Shown here one piece after another: positions 26,469 through 40,565 of a stretch of 64,000 nucleotides of DNA (position 1 is the stretch's first letter; every line of letters starts with the position of its first letter). This stretch comes from Octopus vulgaris (Eukaryota). The notes below the pieces were generated by a model. That model made no database searches and had not been told where the DNA came from. It saw only the letters and a list, made by a program, of their open reading frames with translations. Position numbers and translations under genes: made by a program. The stretch lies in assembly GCA_951406725.2 (NCBI GenBank), contig OX597819.1:59086001-59150000 (forward strand), given 5' to 3'.

Positions 26469-28199
26469 TTCTAATGAAATACAGTGATTTTGTTCCAATT
26501 AATTCAAGAGATAATGAAATATTCGGAGAGATTTCATAAAATAACCTCATTAGTTCATTGTTAAACTGGTCTTTGGAACAGTGTATTCTTTAACATGTTT
26601 CAGTCGTTCAACTCCAACCATACTATTAAAGTGTCTAGAAATTTTTGTTGTCGAACATACAGATCCCAGTATATATTTTCAAGTCTGGGACTGATCTTAA
26701 TCACTATTTCTTGCAATACTAAGTTATAGAACATAAAGATATCTGTTTTTGTTATTTCACTTTTCCCCCACCAAGCAGTGCCAATATACAGACAGACATA
26801 AACATACAAATACAACTCCTGTCTACCAATTTCACTCACAAAACAAAAAATTGGTCAGCCCAGAGTTATAGAAGACACTTGCACAACATGTCACTTGGAG
26901 GGACTAAACTAAAGACCATGTAAGTGTGATGTTAACCTCTCAATAATAAAGCCATAAACACAACTACATATATAGCTAAAGGTATTTACATAAAATTACA
27001 ATGGAAAGTTTTAATTAAGAACAAAGTACGTTAAAAAAAATGGTCTTGAGAGACTTAATGTCAAAAAGGGTTTTAAGTTGGTAACATGAATTCAAACTGT
27101 TAAATAATTAAAAACTCAAAGAGTGACAATATATTTTCCAAGAGTAATTGACAAGAGACAAATATTGAAGAGCTGTTTAATATCTAGTTTTGTGTAAGGT
27201 CAAATCAGAACGGTGGTTGATTTTGCATTTCGTTCCTCTTGGGTTGATAAAACATCTACCAATGAATTTTTTTTCTTTTTTTTTTTTTCAACCACTTAAT
27301 CAGGAAGAAGATGGAAAAGTACCACCCAATGCCCTTAATTTTTTTTTTTTTTCAGGGCTTCTAAAACTGGTGGGAAAAAGAAAAGAAGTCATCCTCACAA
27401 ACTGGAAACCTGGTCTGAATATTTGCCACAGAGTGAACTCCACTAAAAGCACACAAGGACCAGGTAGTGGCATTAAACTAAGCAACCAATTAAGTCTAAC
27501 ACCTCAGAACTCAGAATACAAAGAACCAGAATAAATGCCACAAGGCATCTCATCTGATGTGCTAACATTTCAGCAATCTGTCTATCATTCTAAACGGATC
27601 CCCTTTTTCTTTTTTTTTTCCCCCTTGCTATGAATGAAGGGCAAAGATGACCTCAGTAGTATTTAGATTCAGTACTGACAAAGCTGGAACAAATACTACA
27701 AAACAATTTCTCCTTCTCTATTGCTCTAATGACTCTTCTAGTTTTCCACCTATGAATGATTTAGTCCTAAAATGACATTTTTTTAATCTATAGCAAAATC
27801 ACCTCTGCTGTTTTAATATTTTTCTGATGCTGCATTATTAGAACAGTAAAGATTATTCTGATTATTAATCTCAGCTTTCTGTTGCTTACAATATCATCAC
27901 CACACCTTTTTCAATAACAAGCTGACACGAGCTAGATCAATACTTACTCGACATTATTTGCTGTTAAGGTCAATGCACTTGAGTCACATAACTAAGTCAC
28001 TCAATAAGAAGACCTCAGAGATTTGTCCTGAAATCTGCAGTTAATACGACTATTAGAGTTTGTAGCCTTGAGTGGCCTGAGTAACTCAATCAAATTCTCA
28101 TTACATCACCAGTAAATTATACTGACATCAGAAATTTCCAATATGTTTTCCTATTTTTTAAGATGACACAAAATTACCTCCTGCTACTCTCTAATACTG

Positions 28200-28430
28200 G
28201 TATACATGAGCTCCAAATCTAGTTTAATCAACTCAGATCCTAGCTTAAGCACTTCTACTCAGACATTCCCATCCCAGCATCCTTGCAGTGTTCAATCCTC
28301 TATGTCCTGCATCAATCACTATATCCAGTCCTTCCTTCTCAAAATGCCTTCCCTCTGGAATTCTCTCCTTGCTCATGTCCTTTCTGCAACATTCAAGAGG
28401 AACATTATTAGCATCAATTTGGTCTCTTCC
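28200..28430 (+). mobile_element. CR1/L2-type LINE 3' remnant
   Basis: HYIQSFLLKMPSLWNSLLAHV...FKRNI matches the SF..R...LWNSLP...FK C-terminal motif. Confidence 0.55.
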
Positions 28431-28559
28431 TCCAACACACCAAGTAAAGAGAGAAACATTTTCTCTTTTTTCATATGTAAATATGTAAGTTAAGATCTTT
28501 TAGCTTTTCCTTTTGTTCGTTTTGACTACTTTTAATATTAAATAATAATAATAATAATA

Positions 28560-28772
28560 ATCATTTCCATTACAGGCATAAGGTCTGAAATTCTGTGGAG
28601 CTGGAGTGAGTTGGTTACATTGGCCCCAATTCTCAACTGTTATTATTTTATCAAGCCTGAAATGATGAAAGTCAAAGTTGACCTCAACAAAATATGAACT
28701 CAGAACAAAAGACAGACAAAATGCTGCTAAATATTTTGTTTGCTGTGCTGTTGATTCTGCAAGCTCACCACC

Positions 28773-28811
<39 letters not shown>

Positions 28812-29220
28812 CAGCATGGAATTTTGTCAGTGAACTGGTTTCAAAGCGATGAAAATATTTTGGCAAATTAAATTTAAATGTTTAAGTGAATCTAATGGTT
28901 TTTGTGTGTTTTTAAATGGCTTACAAACACCTTCCATGCTGCAATTGTTTTTGTTTCAGCACACGATCTCAGATCAGGTCACTTGCTATGCAAGTATATC
29001 TCCGTAAAAATAATAATCCTTTCTACTAAAGGCACAAGGCTTGAAATTTTGGGGGAGGGAACTAGTCAATTACATCAATCCCAGTGTTTCACTGGTACTC
29101 AATTTATTGACCCCGAAAGGATCAAAAGCAAAGTCAACCATGGCGGAATTTGAACTCAGAACACAAAGGCAAACAAAATGCCACTAAGCATTTTGCCCAG
29201 GATACTAACGATTCTCCCAA
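28560..29220 (-). mobile_element. Two SINE family B copies (28560-28775 and 29010-29220)
   Basis: Reverse complement of the family B unit. Other copies lie at ~6090-6270 (+), 12470-12700 (-), 37700-37910 (-), 45050-45260 (-), 53430-53630 (-) and 58795-58945 (+). Confidence 0.85.
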
Positions 29221-30167
29221 CTGTGCAGTACAGCCAGTTTGTACCTGAATCTTCCAGATACTTTACCTTTATTTCTAAATCCATTATTTCACTAGCATCT
29301 CAATCTATTAAGATAAAAATGTTAGTGAACATTTCTTTCTTAAGTGTCTTCAAAGACAGACGTCTGCACATTTCACCTAATTTCCCGATCAAAGACATAG
29401 CAGCTGAGAATCATTAAAGTAACGAAGGACATGCTCATACCATTACTACTGCCATCATTGTGTCTATGCACCTGAACAATGCACATAATTCTGTTGCACC
29501 AGTTTTACCTGACTGACAAACACAAGCTTTGCCACTCCCATTCCACAAATTAAGTAGTTAATGATAGGAACAGCATCTCAATGTGAAATAATAATTCCAA
29601 CAAATATCAAACCAACCAAGCTTGCATTGCAAAATTACTGTAAAAAGTTAAGTTATACATATCTATCATACAGCATAACAGCTAGATCAATTTCAATGAC
29701 AGGTTTTAGAAAATGTTGACACAATATATTGTCTGCTCTGATTTGATAGTGTTTACATATTGTCCAATGGATGTACCTAACAACACAATCATGCATTTGT
29801 ATGTAATTCAATTTGCCCAAGCCTGAACAGCTAGGCATGATGTGATCCATTGTTTACAGACACTCATTACACAATCCACATTTATATCCCACTTAGTTGA
29901 TTTTGTTGTAAATGGCTTTATTGAGTTCCAAGACTTTTGGAATATGGATTACAATTGATTATTCTCTGTAATTTACTTTTAGTCTAAAATCATTCATATA
30001 TAAGTGATAACACTAATCAGTTAATAAACTGGTTCCACATTACCATTTTCATCATAGTCATCACCATCATCGCATCACTGTCATCGCCACATAAAACTCA
30101 GCACAATTCTAAAATCTCAGCAAATAAAATGCCTAGTTAAATCTAAATATTCATTATTATTAATACT

Positions 30168-30372
30168 GTTGTTGTTGTTGTTGTTGTTGTTAGCCTCAGG
30201 TCATCTTTGATTGAGTTGATATGATGAAACGTGTTCTTGCCCTGATCTCATATTTTAGGGATATACAGAGCTGTATCATCTAAAGCTTTCTTTTGCTACT
30301 TGAGATGGATTTTAGGGTGATTTGGCTGCTATTTCCAGCAGGTTGAGCAAATGCAGACAGAGATTTCCTAAC
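30168..30372 (+). repeat. Short interspersed repeat, unclassified
   Basis: (GTT)n, tagcctcaggtca...gatttggctgctatttccagcaggttgagc. Similar copies at ~33360-33550 and ~16175-16390 (-). Confidence 0.6.
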
Positions 30373-32862
30373 TGGTACAGTCAGAGGAGAAGTGGAACCA
30401 ATTAATATTGCAAGCTCGCCCTGACTGATTAAGGGTGATTTGAGCGTCTGTAGGATATCTGTATGGGAAATGTAGGCAGGGAGACAATTCTAATGGGTTA
30501 CACATTTCTTTAAAAAAAAAAAAGATTGGAAAAAAAAGTGTGGGTTAGGGAGAGTAAGGAGGGCAACGGGTAATATATAGCTTGGTTCTTAAGCCAAAGG
30601 AACATAAGCTGCTATAGAAGAAAGAAAGAGAAGATAGTGAGGCTATAACATATTTGTGAGTGAGCCTTTGACAATCAACTTGACTAGGTTGGGGTGTTTG
30701 TATATGCAACTGCACTGATTCAAATATAGATGGAGTACTCCATCATTAGTCAACACTTGAGCATTGAAGATCACCCAACAACTTGCCAGGGCTGAAATAT
30801 TTTCTAGCTCTGAAATGAAAACCTAGCATTTGAAATGTAGCTTTGGTAACACACACACTGCAGGATTATAGAAGGCAACAAAAAGCAACACTCGAATATG
30901 CTGACGCTTAAATCATTACAAAAAGATAAAAGCCGTCAGTACTGTTCCAAAAACCTAATAGATTGTGTGTTATATATACATCTATTTTAGATACAACAAG
31001 AGGAACAGAGAAAGAAAAATAAATATTGCAAAATAAACCCAATATAAGCAAAAATGGCAACACATTTGCGATTCCACAAAGAAAAATTTATGACAAATGC
31101 ACTACCTTTGAATATTTATTAAGCCACCTTGAAACATTAAAGAAAATGAACAGTAAATCAAGTTTCAACTAGTTCATGATGATATTTTTATCAGGTCATG
31201 ATTAAGATATCAAGTTAACACTTTGAACTGGTTTCAAAGATTAACTTTAACCCTTCCCCTAATTATGGACTAATAACATGGGCATTTCCCCCAGTCCTTC
31301 CTGTATCCCACCTCTCTTTCTTCTCATGTTTATTTTACCATGCCTGTACAAACTAGTGAAATCCATACCAAAGATATGACATTGTATAAGTTCATGTAGA
31401 AGGTGGTTTTTATTGCTAACACAAGCTGTGACATAGGAGAGGTGGCTGTGTTTTCAGTTAAATGTTTCAAATTTACTTTGCTTAAGAGTGTTACTAAACA
31501 CTAATATGTGAACTTTTGATCAATAGCTGAGTACTTTAACCACACAGCTACTCTCATGAATGTATGCATAGCTTTGATAAGGGGGGAAAAAAACAGATTT
31601 TATCATTAGCTAGTGTCCTTCATTCTTTGCATAAATTTAGACATTAGACACATTTGAGTTGAAAGGGTCTGCAAGGTATCAAATAAATATTGATTCTTTT
31701 GTCTAGACACAGAAAATCTGAGGAGGTATAATCGATCAAACTGACCCCAATATATTACTAGTATTTATTTTTATCAAATCCTTATCAACCTTAGACAGAT
31801 ATAAGTTAAAGTCATCCAAAAAGAGTTGAGACTAAATAACTGTATGAATCTAGGAGAATGTAATGTAATGAATTCATAAATGAGCAAGATAGATGATACT
31901 TTAATAAATATAATGTAGTGCACTATATTTTGGTGTCAAATGGCTGCAAATATTATACCTGGTTGAAGTATAACAGAATAAAATGAATATTTTAATTATC
32001 ATAGTGAAATCACAGGAGAATGAAATCCTACATTGTTAATAGTGAACTGAATCCTAGTTAAAACTTAAAGAAGCCATGTTTCTGTGATTAATGGAATTAA
32101 CGGGGAAAAAATGTATTTACTGTTTCATTTAGTCTAATACAGTTATACCACACTATACCATCAATCATTACATGATCTTATTGAAATTAATTATTAAATT
32201 AAATTTTCCTTCAGATGTATAACTTTCTACTCAAGACACATGTAAATGCACATGTGTAAGTACATGCAGTACTAGATATAGCGTAAAGATGGTTGTATGA
32301 TTTGGAGAATAAACCTTCACAATAACTCTAATTAATCTTATGAAATAACAGAGGTGAAGAGAAAGAATCAGTGAAATTATATAAAGAATCTACAGTTCAA
32401 AAAAAAAAAAAATATTAGAAAACAATTTTTGGTAGCAGACGCAGAGAAAAAGCAGCCATCTGCGCATTTTCTCAAGGAAGCTGTGTCACAAACTGATGAG
32501 GGGTGGCATTTCATGTTTATCTGACATTTTAGAAAGCTAGAAAAAAATAGGTATCTAAAGACAAATAATATAAACAAACACACATATGTGCATATAGAAT
32601 GCATGCACATGTGTGAGTGCATCCATCATTAGTCAATTAACTTTGTGAGTGTTTTGCAGTTCATTCAGACCCTCTGTAGGTCAATTTATCATTTTTTTCT
32701 CTCAAGAAGAAATTAGCTGTGGTCACCTGAAGAAGTATGGACTCCATCAGATTTAAATGTCTGAGACATGCCATGGAGCTCAGGGTTCAAGTGGACTACT
32801 GCGCAAAACTGTGCTTCAAATGACATTTTAGTTTTAAAATAATTTTGCTTTGAAAATGACTT

Positions 32863-32904
<42 letters not shown>

Positions 32905-34483
32905 CACGTGTACATGCATGCATGTGTGTACACATCTGCATTTAGTAAGAAGGGTGGGGAATGTTTGAGAGGTTTTGCTACCACATTTCTGTTGAAATAC
33001 ACTGTTTTGTTTCAATTTAATTTTAAAAAATAATGAAGAAATCAGTAAAATAACTGGAGGTATTAAAGTGGTAAAGTAAATTAACGTGAAATTTTAGTGG
33101 AAGGTTTCACTTTAGATTATTTCAAACCAGAAAGTTTATATCAGAGAACTAGGGGTGGTCTTGGGGGTGGAGTCAATACTGAAGGAGCTGTGAAGCCTGT
33201 AACACTTTCACAGAACTGTCAGTAGTGGCTGCTCTACATGTCTGCTGGCTGATTGCTCTGGCAAGCCGTTAGCTAACTTGATAAACAAACATTAATGGTG
33301 GTCAGGCAGTGAGTTAGTGATAGGTCATGGAAACAGTGACTACCCAGCAGCAGCAATTACTGTTGTTGTTTAGCTTCAGGTCAACTCTAAAGTAGGTCTA
33401 TGGTGAAAGGATTTACAAATGTGACCATCCCATTTTTTTCAGAGTAGTTATATTATGCAATGTCATTTCCTTTGTTAATACAAAAAAGGGTGATTTGGCA
33501 AAGATTTGGCTGCTCTTTCTAACTAGTCAACAACCACACAGAGCTTCAGTTAATGTAGAGGGTGTAATGTTAAGATGGTTGCCATCAATCTCCCTCTCAT
33601 GCTTATTCTGTATCATTGCTATAGTTATTAGAAAAACAGCAACAAAGGAGATATTTTAAGGCAGTGATATCTGGGGTATGAATATAAATGGCTGGGAATT
33701 CTGTATGATCTATTGGCTGTACAATGTCTACTTAGAAGAAAAGTTTAAGGACAGAGAAGTTGAGAAATTGATTAAGAGACAAAGGTATTGGGCAATACAT
33801 GTAGAAGTGGTGGGCTTGTTGCTTATGGACACATAAATGAAAACAACTATGACTGAAAAGATTGTAGAATGTAGTAAGATCAAATCTGAGAATGAAGCAC
33901 CATACAGACAAAACAAAACAGGAACGAGTCAGTGAAAATGTAGTATTTTTCAGGAACCTCCTAACTATATTTAGCATAAAACTTTAAATATTATCATGAT
34001 CATGATGATGACACACTGAAGAGTGCAATGTTAGAATCAGATTAAAATGAAATATACAAAAGCAATAAAATCGTAAAATGCTTCAACACATCTTGTGTGT
34101 AACTGTTATTAATATTTTACAACCTGATGATCAACACATCACAGAAAACTAGTCAATTGATTTCTCAGTCAGGCACAAGGCTGCACATTTTCAAGAGTGC
34201 TTATTGAGATGTATGATGTTCACACCACTGAAATTGTTGGTGGCTTCAAGTACATTAGTCTCAGATGAGATCAAAACCAGCTACAAGTGTGGCTCACTGG
34301 AACTTTTACCTCTCATTCTGAGGTACTTGACATTTTTTAAACTATATAAATGTATAAATTATTTCACAAACAGGTATAATAGCTACAACTAGGTTCCTAT
34401 TATTAAAAAAATAACTGTACATATGTCACTAAACATGCAAGTTGGAATTGAACTGTCAAGCTATCATAGTCAGTATGTTAACT

Positions 34484-35470
34484 ATGGTCACTCCACTTCC
34501 AGTTTGCTCCAAAGAAGAGCATTGTTCAGTGACTCATTTTCTGTGGACTGAAAGTGTATTTGGAGTCAAAATCCATCAAAGACCTTCAGCATAGTACGGG
34601 GTTCGGCTTTTCACCATTACCAATTGTTTACAAATGGATTGAAAAAACCAAGAAGATCAATTCTCAACAACATCCTGGACTGATGATAATATTGAACAAG
34701 TCTGTAATATGGCCCAACTGAACAGAGAGATGACTATTGATGAAGTGCTAAGTCTTACACAAATTACTCAAGGTTTTGCTTATGAAACCACTCACAATAA
34801 ATTTGGTTTCAGCAAAGTTTCTACCAAAATAATTCATGGAATTGCAAAAACAAAATAATTCTGAAATCTGTTAATCACTTCTGGATCTTTTACTTTTATT
34901 GATTACTTGTTTCAGTCATTAGACTGTGGCCATACTGGAGCACTGCCTTGAAGAATTTTTATTTGAACAAATTGACTCGGGACTTTTTTTTAAAGCCTGG
35001 TACTTATTTGGTCTCTTTTGCCAAACCACTAAGTTATGGAGACATAAACAAACCAACATTGGTTGTCAAGCCGTGATCACACACACAACATGCTTCTTTC
35101 AGATTCCATCAACCAAATCCACTCACAAGGCTTTGGTTGGCCTGAGGCGAAAGGAAAAGACACTTGCCCAAGGTGCCACACTGTTGGGAAGCAAGCTTCT
35201 TACCATGCACCCATGCCTGATAACAAATATGACATATTCTTGCAAAAAATTGTCAGAGATACCAAAACACGCATACACTGTAACAAACCAAAATGTGAAC
35301 TGAAAACATCTGCAATTGCTTGTCAGGAAAAAATTCAAAACTCAAAGAACTCAACTGACAGCAAGAAAGGTGATACTAACAAATGTTTTAGGAATTATCA
35401 GGAAAAAGGCTCAACAGTTAATCATTATATGATAAGGCATTGCATTATATGACAAGCTTTCTTTTACCTG
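34484..35470 (+). pseudogene. Mariner transposase pseudogene interrupted by a SINE
   Basis: MVTPLPVCSKEEHCSVTHFLWTESVFGVKIHQRPSA*YG, VYKWIEK, TDDNIEQVCNMAQLNREMTIDEV, AYETTHNKFGFSKVS. After the SINE: DIFLQKIVRDTKTRIH (decayed IVTGDETWIH), KKFKTQ, YQEKGSTVN. Confidence 0.85.
34888..35218 (-). mobile_element. tRNA-derived SINE (family A) nested in the mariner
   Basis: Shares the body and tail (ttgtttcagtcatt.gactg.ggccatactggagcac) with the copies at 48.8, 51.3 and 62.7 kb. Confidence 0.85.
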
Positions 35471-36029
35471 TGTCATGGATGCTAGCATACCCATCAAGAA
35501 AGAACCACAGCCCAGATTCAACAGAAATGCTGAAACTCAGGTAGAAGTAACTGGAGACAAAACCCTGAACAATACAAGTTCATTAATGAAGTACCCCTGT
35601 TTTTTACAGCAATGTATATTACCTATGTTATGATACCTATTTTCAATTAAGTGGACTGAGCTATTAAAAGTCCAAGTGCTTTGGGCATGAACACAACAGT
35701 ATTGTTAACAAATATGAACCATTAACCTTTCCGCTAAGAGCCAACTTCAGCTCTTATTACAGTTTTCCATTTGTTTTTATTTACTCATATTTCTCGCAGA
35801 TTTAAATATAAATTATTGAACTATGTATTTTTACTACCAACCACAAAACTAAAGTGGCAGCTAAGTTGATAAATCATTTCATGTATACAGACAACAACAA
35901 AAAAACTACAAATGAAGAAAAACTAAGAGAGAGAAAAACAGTAAGATAAGCAATGTACAATATAACAACAGTGATAATAAGGTACAGATTCCTGAGACTA
36001 AAAACATTAATGGCAATCATTATGGTTAA

Positions 36030-37250
36030 TCATCATCACTTAACATCTGCCTTCCATACTAACAAGAGCCAGCCAGAGAGAAGCCTGCACCAGACTTCTG
36101 TAACTGTTTTGGCAGGACTTTTACAGCTGGATGCTCTTCCTAACACCAACCACTCAGCAGAGTGGACTTAGTGCTTTTTATGTAGCACAAGTACAGGTGA
36201 GGTTAGTTTTGGCAAGATTTTTACAGCTTGATGCCCTTCTAAGTGCCAACCACTTTACAGTGTGGAGTGAGTGCTTTTAAGTGGCACCTGCACTGACAGA
36301 GTCACCAAGTACTTGCAAGACAAAAAAAATTTCTTTTGAGAGGGGAGGGGTCATTGGAGGAGGTGATCTTGTGTCGGATGATGAAAGGTTATAGTGAGGC
36401 AGAGACAGAAACAGGTATCTTGCTGTAGAAGAGGTACAAGGTTACCCAGCCAGAGAGAGAGAGAGAGAGAAGTCAGGAATGAAGACAGAACAGGTGCGCT
36501 GTCACAAAGGAAATACATAGTTACTCAACTTGAAGGAAGTGTAGGAAAAGGAGAGAGAGTTGGAGACAGCAGGATAGAGATGGTGGCAAAGTGACAGGGA
36601 TCAGAATATAAATGGGATGGTTGAGTAAAGGAAGAGAGAGATATAGATGGTGGCAAGTGCCAGGGCATACCCTTGAGGCTTGAATGCCATAATATAAGTT
36701 GCAGGATATTGCAAAGGGAATGTGATTAAAGAGTGCGGATGTGGGGAAGTGACTGGTAAAAACCTGGGTATGTACAGAGTTGGGAGGGAGTGCTACCAGA
36801 CAGCAATGATACAGAGGAACAGGGCCATGAGGACAGGATTGGGGAGTGAGAGCTAGGAGGAAATGTGAGGAAGAGATGTAGATTATTTTGTTGGGGTATG
36901 GTGTATGAAAAGTTTTCTTGTTACATGTGGGTAGAACACACAGGTCAAAAGCTAGCAGATAGCAATGATACAGTGGCACAGGGCCAAGAGGATGGTATTG
37001 GGGAGTGGGAGGTAAGCATAATGCATGAAGTGGAAATGTGAGGAAGTGATGTAGAGACGTAGTTTGGTTTGTTGTGGTAGTGTGAGAAGTTTTCTTAAGT
37101 GCGGGTAGGACACATAGTGCTTCTAGAACTCAGTATCACTGATTTGGCAGGTCTTCTCAAGAACTTCATATCACCAGACATCTCAGTCCATTGTCATTTC
37201 CTCTGTGAGGCCCAACATCCTGAGATCAGTCCTTACTATTTCATCCCACT
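36030..37250 (-). mobile_element. RTE 3' end variant with long UTR containing a ~160-bp tandem duplication
   Basis: ORF terminus WDEIVRTDLRMLGLTEEMTMD at 37250-37185 and tail motif at 36030-36300. Units at ~36797-36940 and ~36957-37115 are similar. Confidence 0.65.
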
Positions 37251-39549
37251 TATTATTATTATTATTATTATTATTTATGATGATGAGAGTGATGATGTAA
37301 TGTCTGCTTACAAGAGCTTTTGAATCTTCATTCCAACTCAAAACATCAGAAAGAAAAATATATTTATGGAGGGAGACCATTATTGTAAGCTAGAAAATTT
37401 TTCTCCTTTTTTGAGCAAACCTATTTCAGACTGCAAATTCAACAATGGAGATACCAGTGTTGTAACATATATATTGTCACAAGAATTGGTAATAAATTAT
37501 CATCTATATTCTAGATGAGAAAGATTGGGTTCATATTCATATCTGAGTTTTGTTTGGCTCAACCTCATCTAACTCAAGTGGCCTACAAAAATGAAGTATT
37601 GAAAATATTGTCTATGAACCAAGCAATGTCAATGTGTATGCAGTATGTGTAAATAAGAGTTAGACTGACTTGTCAGACAAGAAGTTGAAATTCCACTCTC
37701 TCTTTAATTTTGGCACAAGGCCAGCAGTTTTGAGGTGGGGTGGGGTAAGTTGATTAGACTGGTCCCAATACTTGGCTGGTATTATATTTTACCAACCTTG
37801 AAAAGATGAAAGACAAACCTAGCCTTGACAGAATTCACAGCCAAAACAAATACTGCAAAGCATTTTTTCCCAACACTCTAATAATTCTGCCATCTCACCT
37901 TCTTAAATAATAATTCTTTACATGTCATCTTAGTCAAAATAAATAGCTTTGCAGAATCCTAAATTGCTGTCTTATGTTTTCAAATTCAAAATCTCAATGA
38001 AGATCACTGACAATTCCCTAAACAAAATATGTATGTTGACCCTAAGCACATTAGTAAATCAACCAGTGCTCTATCCACAAGCAATACACAAGAACATTGT
38101 CTAATACCATTCAAAAAACCAGCATCACACATCCATACACAAAAACAAAAGTCCCAGCCACCTACATAAAACTTGTAAATATCATTTACTCAGTACATGC
38201 ATGACACAATTACTAGATTAAAAAAGTTTAAAAACACACACACACACTTAATGGTACAATATTTGGTAAAACAGAGAAACCATGACATTAGTCTTCAAAC
38301 AATGTATAACCTCTATCATGTGTTATGTTAATGCAGTCTACCCCCTCCCCCTTGCCAACTCCACCACAAACTACAATAAGCTAAACATTCTAAGCATTTG
38401 CCCTCTGTATCATAACAGACTGTAGATGCATGCACACACACACACACATACTACAAATCATTTACACAACCAAATTATTTTTAAACTAAAATGCCACTTA
38501 CAACACAGTAGTCTACTTGAGCCCACAAAACACTATATGCCCATCCACTCACAAATCTACTACAGCACCTACTTAAAATCTTTTTTTTTTCTTGTATTAA
38601 GCTCAGATACACACAACCAAAGGTCAATGCCTTCACTAGGTCCACACCTTGCATTATGTTGAAACTTAAATCTTAAAAAAGTGAGGGGTCTCTGTAGTAG
38701 ATATGATCAGAAACTGTTTTATCATGAATCCTTCATCGATTTTATAACAATGAGTATTTCATTTGTCCTATCAACTGAACTACCTACTTAGTGTCAATGG
38801 CTGAGCTTTCCAGAGAGATGTGTATCCTTAAGGGAATTCTTAGATGGAATCAGTACACAGCAAATAATAGAATATTATTGAATAAAAGATACAGGCAAAG
38901 CAAGGCTTGATCATGCAATTAAGAAGTTTACTTCACAAACCAAGAGGTCCCTGGTTCAATCACACAGTGTAGCATCTTGACCAACGCATTGTAAAACCAA
39001 CTAGATGGAAGTTGTGGGGGGGCTCACCAGATGAAATCAAACAATTGAATCATATGGACATAAGTGTAATATAGAATACATACTGCATGCTCTAATTGCA
39101 ACATCACACTTAACTTAAGAAGCAAGATCTAATTGACTCCCATAGCCAGAACTCTACAGACAATTACTTAAACCTTGTTATAATACTGTTTAGTGAAGGA
39201 ATGTGGTCTGGTGGTAAGGATGTTAAACTCAATAGTAAAATTGTGGTTTTGATTCTCAGACTGGGCAGTGTATTATCATCTTCAGCAACAAAAAAAATTC
39301 ATTTCATGTTGCTCCAGTCCACTCAGCTTTAAATGAATAATCCTGCAACTGACTGACATCTTATTCAGTGGGGTGTGTTGTGATCTCAGTCATTCATACA
39401 CCATGGAAATTAGGTAAACCAGCCTTATGAATCCCAGGACACCAGACAGTAATATCCAGGGGTTGACAATGATGATAATACAGTTTAGATAGTTATTTAC
39501 CTTCACATGTATGGTTTCAAAGACAGATATTCTATAGTGTGTATTTTAA

Positions 39550-39770
39550 CCCTCTTCGTATCAACCAGCTTTCATTATACAAAACTGCTTGCTTTAACAT
39601 GTTCATATCTAAATGAAAACCTTCCATCATAACTACTTATAATTTTCATCAAGTTATGTTATAAACACTGTCTTAACAATGAAACAGTTCATTTTATTAA
39701 ATCCAACCAAAGACTTATTTTTTAAATCCTTTTATTACCACATTTCATTAGATCTATACTAACACAAGGG
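39550..39770. mobile_element. piggyBac-type MITE (second family)
   Basis: TTAA-CCCT...AGGG-TTAA. The internal sequence is related to copies at ~25690-25881, 32990-33185, 42490-42624, 52123-52345 and 63826-64000. Confidence 0.75.
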
Positions 39771-40533
39771 TTAAATAGCAAGCAGTCTGAGAAGTAGACA
39801 TCTGACAGTGCTCAAATTTAACAGCAGGCAATATATTGACATATTATTGTATATTGTATACACTTAGTATACTGTATTTACTTCAAAATAATCAACTAGC
39901 TACACAGTCAAGATTAAATTAGTCTATTCATTGTGCAAATGAGAGTATGCTTTTAGCCTATATTTTCCTCAGTAATAAAGATTATCTTCCAACTACAAAA
40001 TAAGATTAAGATTAAAGTAGACTCCTCATTGTTTGTACAAGGTAAACCATTTACATCTAACATTACATATTAAGTTAGGTAACAGCAGACTAAGTAAGGG
40101 GTTTGAAGATACTAAGCAACATTAAGTACTTCAATATTTTTGCACATATATACACACGCACACATCAAATTAATGTCAGATAACAATAAATTTCAAGAAA
40201 TCATCTAAAGTAGTGAAAAAAAGCCTAGAGTTGATATCAATAAAAAAAAAAAAAGAACAATGCTTTTTTTGCTTTTTTATATATAAAAACCAAAATATTA
40301 TTTCAATATCTACTTTTTCATGCTTGCAAGAGTTGGGTGGAGTTTACTGAGGAAAATTTTCTATAGTCACGATGCTTTCCCTGTTGCCAACCTTCACCTG
40401 TTTCCAAGCAAGTTATTATTTCTCCCAAAACTAGACATATTTCTGCAGAATTTTGGACATTAATTATACCACTAGTACGACAATGATACTCATTTACAAC
40501 TGACATATGTCAAGACAAAGAAATACAATCATA

Positions 40534-40565
<32 letters not shown>

